Of a stretch of 64,000 nucleotides of DNA, positions 55,101 to 64,000 are shown piece by piece. Location of the stretch: assembly GCA_964016885.1 (NCBI GenBank), contig OZ024742.1, positions 350,362,001 to 350,426,000 of the forward strand. The letters are read 5' to 3'. Positions within the stretch are counted from its first letter, which is position 1. The number at the start of each line of letters is the position of its first letter. The notes under the pieces are model-generated. The model had not been told where the DNA came from. It worked only from the letters and a program-made list of their open reading frames with translations, and searched no databases. This stretch comes from Eledone cirrhosa. Taxonomy: Eukaryota. Both the position numbers and the translations under genes were made by a program.

Positions 55101-58100
55101 TGTCACAAGTGTAGATAGAGACAGGGACACTGACATCCACCCCTCCACCCATACACCAAATATAGACATTGTCACAAGTGTAGATAGAGACAGGGACACT
55201 GACATCCACCCCTCCACTCATACACCAAATATAGACAATGTCACAAGTGTAGATAGAGACAGGTACACTGACATCCACACCTCCACTCATACACCAAATA
55301 TAGTCAATGTCACAAGTGTAGATACAGACAGGGACACTGACATCCACCCCTCCACTCATACACCAAATATAGACATTGTCACAAGTGTAGATACAGACAG
55401 GGACACTGACATCCACCCCTCCACTCATACACCAAATATAGACATTTCACAAGTGTAGATAGAGACAGAGACACTGACATCCACCCCTCCATTCATACAC
55501 CAAATATAGACATTGTCACAAGTGTAGATAGAGACAGGGACACTGACATCCACCCCTCCACTCACAGACCAAATATAGACATTGTGACAAGTGTAGATAG
55601 TGACAGGGACACTGACATCCACCCCTCCACTCATACACCAAATATAGACATTGTCACAAGTGTAGATAGAGACAGGGACACTGACATCCACCCCTCCACT
55701 CATACACCAAATATAGACAATGTCACAAGTGTAGATAGAGACAGGGACACTGACATCCACCCCTCCACTCATACACCAAATATAGACATTGTCACAAGTG
55801 TAGATAGAGACAGGGACACTGACATCCACCCCTCCACTCATACACCAAATATAGACATTGTCACAAGTGTAGATAGTGACAGGGACACTGACATCCACAC
55901 CTCCACTCATACACCAAATATAGACAATGTCACAAGTGTAGATAGTGACAGGGACACTAACATCCACTCCTCCACTCATACACCAAATATAGACATTGTC
56001 ACAAGTGTAGATAGAGACAGGGACACTGACATCCACCCCTCCACTCATACACCAAATATAGACAATGTCACAAGTGTAGATAGAGACAGGGACACTGACA
56101 TCCACCCCTCCACTCATACACCAAATATAGACATTGTCAAAAGTGTAGATAGAGACAGGGACAGTGACATCCACCCCTCCACTCATACACCAAATATAGA
56201 CATTGTCACAAGTGTAGATAGAGACAGGGACACTGACATCCACCCCTCCACTCATACACCAAATATAGACAATGTCACAAGTGTAGATAGAGACAGGGAC
56301 ACTGACATCCACCCCTCCACCCATACACCAAATATAGACATTGTCACAAGTGTAGATAGAGACAGGGACACTGACATCCACCCCTCCACTTATACACCAA
56401 ATATAGACAATGTCACAAGTGTAGATAGAGACAGGGACACTGACATCCACCCCTCCACCCATACACCAAATATAGACATTGTCACAAGTGTAGATAGAGA
56501 CAGGGACACTGACATCCACCCCTCCACTCATACACCAAATATAGACAATGTCACAAGTGTAGATAGAGACAGGTACACTGACATCCACACCTCCACTCAT
56601 ACACCAAATATAGTCAATGTCACAAGTGTAGATACAGACAGGGACACTGACATCCACCCCTCCACTCATACACCAAATATAGACATTGTCACAAGTGTAG
56701 ATACAGACAGGGACACTGACATCCACCCCTCCACTCATACACCAAATATAGACATTTCACAAGTGTAGATAGAGACAGAGACACTGACATCCACCCCTCC
56801 ATTCATACACCAAATATAGACATTGTCACAAGTGTAGATAGAGACAGGGACACTGACATCCACCCCTCCACTCACAGACCAAATATAGACATTGTGACAA
56901 GTGTAGATAGTGACAGGGACACTGACATCCACCCCTCCACTCATACACCAAATATAGACATTGTCACAAGTGTAGATAGAGACAGGGACACTGACATCCA
57001 CCCCTCCACTCATACACCAAATATAGACAATGTCACAAGTGTAGATAGAGACAGGGACACTGACATCCACCCCTCCACTCATACACCAAATATAGACATT
57101 GTCACAAGTGTAGATAGAGACAGGGACACTGACATCCACCCCTCCACTCATACACCAAATATAGACAATGTCACAAGTGTAGATAGAGACAGGGACACTG
57201 ACATCCACTCCTCCACTCATATACCAAATATAGACATTGTCACAAGTGTAGATAGAGACAGGGACACTGACATCCACCCCTCCACTCATACACCAAATAT
57301 AGACAATGTCACAAGTGTAGATAGAGACAGGGACACTGACATCCACCCCTCCACTCATACACCAAATATAGACATTGTCACAGGTGTGGATAGACAGGGA
57401 CACTGACATCCACTCCTCCACTCATACACCAAATATAGACATTGATACAAGTGTAGATAGAGACAGGGACACTGACATCCGTCCCTCCACACATACACCA
57501 AATATAGACATTGTCACAAGTGTAAATAGAGACAGGGACACTGACAACCACTCCTCCACTCATACACCAAATATAGACATGGTCACTAGTGTAGATAGAG
57601 ACAGGGACACTGACATCACTCCTCCACTCATACACAAAATATAGACATTGTAACAAGTTTAGATACTGACAGGGACACTGACATCCACTCCTCCACTCAT
57701 ACACCAAATATAGACATTGATACAAGTGTAGATAGAGACAGGGACACTGACATCCGTCCCTCCACACATACACCAAATATAGACATTGTCACAAGTGTAA
57801 ATAGAGACAGGGACACTGACAACCACTCCTCCACTCATACACCAAATATAGACATTGTCACAAGTGTAGATACAGACAGGGACACTGACATCCTTCCCTC
57901 CACTCATACACCAAATATAGACATTATCACAAGTGTAGATACTGACAGGGACACTGACATCCACTCCTCCACTCATACACCAAATATAGACATTGTCACA
58001 AGTGTAGATAGAGACAGGGACACTGACATCCACACCTCCACTCATACACCAAATATAGACAATGTCACAAGTGTAGATAGTGACAGGGACACTAACATCC

Positions 58101-61100
58101 ACTCCTCCACTCATACACCAAATATAGACATTGTCACAAGTGTAGATAGAGACAGGGACACTGACATCCACCCCTCCAATCATACACCAAATATAGACAT
58201 CGTCACAAGTGTTAATATATACAGGGACACTGACATACACCCCTCCACTCATACACCAAATATAGACATCGTCACAAGTGTAGATAGAGACAGGGACACA
58301 GACATACACCCCTCCACTCATACACCAAATATAGACATTGTCACAAGCGTAGATAGAGACAGGGACACTGACATCCACCCCTCCACTCATACACCAAATA
58401 TAGACATTGTCACAAGTGTAGATAGAAGCAGAGACACTGACATCCACCCCTCCACTCATACACCAAATATAGACATTGTCACAAGTGTAGATAGAGACAG
58501 GTACACTGACATCCACACATCCACTCATACACCAAATATAGACAATGTCACAAGTGTAGATAGAGACAGGGACACTGACATCCACCCCTCCACTCATACA
58601 CCAAATATAGACATTGTCACAAGTGTAGATAGTGACAGGGACACTGACATCCACCCCTCCACTCATACACCAAATATAGACATTGTCACAATTGTAGATA
58701 GAGTCAGAGACACTGACATCCACCCCTCCACTCATACACCAAATATAGACATTGTCACAAGTGTAGATAGAGACAGGGACACTGACATCCACCCCTCCAC
58801 TCATACACCAAATATAGACATTGTCACAAGTGTAGAGAGAAGCAGAGACACTGACATCCACCCCTCCACTCATACACCAAATATAGACATTGTCACAAGC
58901 GTAGATAGAGACAGGGACACTGACATCCACCCCTCCACTCATACACCAAATATAGACATTGTCACAAGTGTAGATAGAAGCAGAGACACTGACATCCACC
59001 CCTCCACTCATACACCAAATATAGACATTGTCACAAGTGTAGATAGAGACAGGTACACTTACATCCACACCTCCACTCATACACCAAATATAGACATTGT
59101 CACAAGTGTAGATAGAGACAGGTACACTGACATCCACACCTCCACTCATACACCAAATATAGACTTTGTCACAAGTGTAGATAGAGACAGGGACACTGAC
59201 ATCCACCCCTCCACTTATACACCAAATATAGACATTGTCAAAAGTGTAGATAGAGACAGGGACAGTGACATCCACCCCTCCACTCATACACCAAATATAG
59301 ACAATGTCACAAGTGTAGATAGAGACAGGGACACTGACATCCACCCCTCCACCCATACACCAAATATAGACATTGTCACAAGTGTAGATAGAGACAGGGA
59401 CACTGACATCCACCCCTCCACTCATACACCAAATATAGACAATGTCACAAGTGTAGATAGAGACAGGTACACTGACATCCACACCTCCACTCATACACCA
59501 AATATAGTCAATGTCACAAGTGTAGATACAGACAGGGACACTGACATCCACCCCTCCACTCATACACCAAATATAGACATTGTCACAAGTGTAGATACAG
59601 ACAGGGACACTGACATCCACCCCTCCACTCATACACCAAATATAGACATTTCACAAGTGTAGATAGAGACAGAGACACTGACATCCACCCCTCCATTCAT
59701 ACACCAAATATAGACATTGTCACAAGTGTAGATAGAGACAGGGACACTGACATCCACCCCTCCACTCACAGACCAAATATAGACATTGTGACAAGTGTAG
59801 ATAGTGACAGGGACACTGACATCCACCCCTCCACTCATACACCAAATATAGACATTGTCACAAGTGTAGATAGAGACAGGGACACTGACATCCACCCCTC
59901 CACTCATACACCAAATATAGACAATGTCACAAGTGTAGATAGAGACAGGGACACTGACATCCACCCCTCCACTCATACACCAAATATAGACATTGTCACA
60001 AGTGTAGATAGAGACAGGGACACTGACATCCACCCCTCCACTCATACACCAAATATAGACATTGTCACAAGTGTAGATAGAGACAGGGACACTGACATCC
60101 ACCCCTCCACTCATACACCAAATATAGACATGGTCACAATTGTAGATAGAGTCAGAGACACTGACATCCACCCCTCCACTCATACACCAAATATAGACAT
60201 TGTCACAAGTGTAGATAGAGACAGGGACACTGACATCCACCCCTCCACTCATACACCAAATATAGACAATGTCACAAGTGTAGATAGAGACAGGGACACT
60301 GACATCCACTCCTCCACTCATATACCAAATATAGACATTGTCACAAGTGTAGATAGAGACAGGGACACTGACATCCACCCCTCCACTCATACACCAAATA
60401 TAGACAATGTCACAAGTGTAGATAGAGACAGGGACACTGACATCCACCCCTCCACTCATACACCAAATATAGACATTGTCACAGGTGTGGATAGACAGGG
60501 ACACTGACATCCACTCCTCCACTCATACACCAAATATAGACATTGATACAAGTGTAGATAGAGACAGGGACACTGACATCCGTCCCTCCACACATACACC
60601 AAATATAGACATTGTCACAAGTGTAAATAGAGACAGGGACACTGACAACCACTCCTCCACTCATACACCAAATATAGACATGGTCACTAGTGTAGATAGA
60701 GACAGGGACACTGACATCACTCCTCCACTCATACACAAAATATAGACATTGTAACAAGTTTAGATACAGACAGAGACACTGACAACCACTCCTCCACTCA
60801 TACACCAAATATAGACATTGTCACAAGTGTAGATACAGACAGGGACACTGACATCCTTCCCTCCACTCATACACCAAATATAGACATTATCACAAGTGTA
60901 GATACTGACAGGGACACTGACATCCACTCCTCCACTCATACACCAAATATAGACATTGTCACAAGTGTAGATAGAGACAGGGACACTGCCATCCACACCT
61001 CCACTCATACACCAAATATAGACAATGTCACAAGTGTAGATAGTGACAGGGACACTAACATCCACTCCTCCACTCATACACCAAATATAGACATTGTCAC

Positions 61101-64000
61101 AAGTGTAGATAGAGACAGGGACACTGACATCCACCCCTCCAATCATACACCAAATATAGACATCGTCACAAGTGTTAATATATACAGGGACACTGACATA
61201 CACCCCTCCACTCATACACCAAATATAGACATCGTCACAAGTGTAGATAGAGACAGGGACACAGACATACACCCCTCCACTCATACACCAAATATAGACA
61301 TTGTCACAAGCGTAGATAGAGACAGGGACACTGACATCCACCCCTCCACTCATACACCAAATATAGACATTGTCACAAGTGTAGATAGAATCAGAGACAC
61401 TGACATCCACCCCTCCACTCATACACCAAATATAGACATTGTCACAAGTGTAGATAGAGACAGGTACACTGACATCCACACATCCACTCATACACCAAAT
61501 ATAGACAATGTCACAAGTGTAGATAGAGACAGGGACACTGACATCCACCCCTCCACTCATACACCAAATATAGACATTGTCACAAGTGTAGATAGTGACA
61601 GGGACACTGACATCCACCCCTCCACTCATACACCAAATATAGACATTGTCACAATTGTAGATAGAGTCAGAGACACTGACATCCACCCCTCCACTCATAC
61701 ACCAAATATAGACATTGTCACAAGTGTAGATAGAGACAGGGACACTGATATCCACCCCTCCACTCATACACCAAATATAGACATTGTCACAAGTGTAGAG
61801 AGAAGCAGAGACACTGACATCCACCCCTCCACTCATACACCAAATATAGACATTGTCACAAGCGTAGATAGAGACAGGGACACTGACATCCACCCCTCCA
61901 CTCATACACCAAATATAGACATTGTCACAAGTGTAGATAGAAGCAGAGACACTGACATCCACCCCTCCACTCATACACCAAATATAGACATTGTCACAAG
62001 TGTAGATAGAGACAGGTACACTTACATCCACACCTCCACTCATACACCAAATATAGACATTGTCACAAGTGTAGATAGAGACAGGTACACTGACATCCAC
62101 ACCTCCACTCATACACCAAATATAGACATTGTCACAAGTGTAGATAGAGACAGGGACACTGACATCCACACCTCCACTTATACACCAAATATAGACATTG
62201 TCAAAAGTGTAGATAGAGACAGGGACAGTGACATCCACCCCTCCACTCATACACCAAATATAGACAATGTCACAAGTGTAGATAGAGACAGGGACACTGA
62301 CATCCACCCCTCCACCCATACACCAAATATAGACATTGTCACAAGTGTAGATAGAGACAGGGACACTGACATCCACCCCTCCACTCATACACCAAATATA
62401 GACAATGTCACAAGTGTAGATAGAGACAGGTACACTGACATCCACACCTCCACTCATACACCAAATATAGTCAATGTCACAAGTGTAGATACAGACAGGG
62501 ACACTGACATCCACCCCTCCACTCATACACCAAATATAGACATTGTCACAAGTGTAGATACAGACAGGGACACTGACATCCACCCCTCCACTCATACACC
62601 AAATATAGACATTTCACAAGTGTAGATAGAGACAGAGACACTGACATCCACCCCTCCATTCATACACCAAATATAGACATTGTCACAAGTGTAGATAGAG
62701 ACAGGGACACTGACATCCACCCCTCCACTCACAGACCAAATATAGACATTGTGACAAGTGTAGATAGTGACAGGGACACTGACATCCACCCCTCCACTCA
62801 TACACCAAATATAGACATTGTCACAAGTGTAGATAGAGACAGGGACACTGACATCCACCCCTCCACTCATACACCAAATATAGACAATGTCACAAGTGTA
62901 GATAGAGACAGGGACACTGACATCCACCCCTCCACTCATACACCAAATATAGACATTGTCACAAGTGTAGATAGAGACAGGGACACTGACATCCACCCCT
63001 CCACTCATACACCAAATATAGACATTGTCACAAGTGTAGATAGTGACAGGGACACTGACATCCACCCCTCCACTCATACACCAAATATAGACATGGTCAC
63101 AATTGTAGATAGAGTCAGAGACACTGACATCCACCCCTCCACTCATACACCAAATATAGACATTGTCACAAGTGTAGATAGAGACAGGGACACTGACATC
63201 CACCCCTCCACTCATACACCAAATATAGACAATGTCACAAGTGTAGATAGAGACAGGGACACTGACATCCACTCCTCCACTCATATACCAAATATAGACA
63301 TTGTCACAAGTGTAGATAGAGACAGGGACACTGACATCCACCCCTCCACTCATACACCAAATATAGACAATGTCACAAGTGTAGATAGAGACAGGTACAC
63401 TTACATCCACACCTCCACTCATACACCAAATATAGACATTGTCACAAGTGTAGATAGAGACAGGTACACTGACATCCACACCTCCACTCATACACCAAAT
63501 ATAGACAATGTCACAAGTGTAGATAGAGACAGGGACACTGACATCCACTCCTCCACTCATATACCAAATATAGACATTGTCACAAGTGTAGATAGAGACA
63601 GGGACACTGACATCCACCCCTCCACTCATACACCAAATATAGACAATGTCACAAGTGTAGATAGAGACAGGTACACTTACATCCACACCTCCACTCATAC
63701 ACCAAATATAGACATTGTCACAAGTGTAGATAGAGACAGGTACACTGACATCCACACCTCCACTCATACACCAAATATAGACATTGTCACAAGTGTAGAT
63801 AGAGACAGGGACACTGACATCCACCCCTCCACTTATACACCAAATATAGACATTGTCAAAAGTGTAGATAGAGACAGGGACAGTGACATCCACCCCTCCA
63901 CTCATACACCAAATATAGACAATGTCACAAGTGTAGATAGAGACAGGGACACTGACATCCACCCCTCCACCCATACACCAAATATAGACATTGTCACAAG
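40137..64000. repeat. 69-bp satellite array, about 345 units, with higher-order structure; continues beyond the window
   Basis: Consensus CCAAATATAGACATTGTCACAAGTGTAGATAGAGACAGGGACACTGACATCCACCCCTCCACTCATACA; strings of variant monomers recur. Confidence 0.99.

Noticed and set aside
40129-63974. Long ORFs (up to 759 aa) annotated as genes
   Set aside because: They are satellite translations with amplified frameshifting monomers and no non-repetitive domain. Kept only as a hypothesis in the findings.

Overview
Eukaryotic, AT-rich, microsatellite-dense, repeat-dominated DNA with no recognisable host protein-coding gene. The repeat repertoire suggests a mollusc, probably an octopus (inference). 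Bases 1-26 kb are a mosaic of Penelope-like element (PLE) remnants separated by (TA)n tracts. About a dozen of their ends carry type I hammerhead ribozyme (HHR) folds, some canonical, some with shared variant cores and some in inverted fold-back pairs. The window also holds a 5'-truncated CR1-group LINE, two Helitron derivatives and a full-length, recently inserted but disabled CsRN1-lineage Gypsy LTR retrotransposon (13453-18902, with a predicted -1 frameshift signal). Bases 26-40 kb contain tRNA-derived SINEs (one serially re-targeted cluster), LINE scraps and two minisatellites. From about 40.1 kb to the window end lies a 69-bp satellite (about 345 units) with irregular higher-order structure that is stop-free in one frame on each strand. 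Most ORFs in the supplied track are microsatellite or satellite artefacts. All alignments and RNA folds were made by eye.
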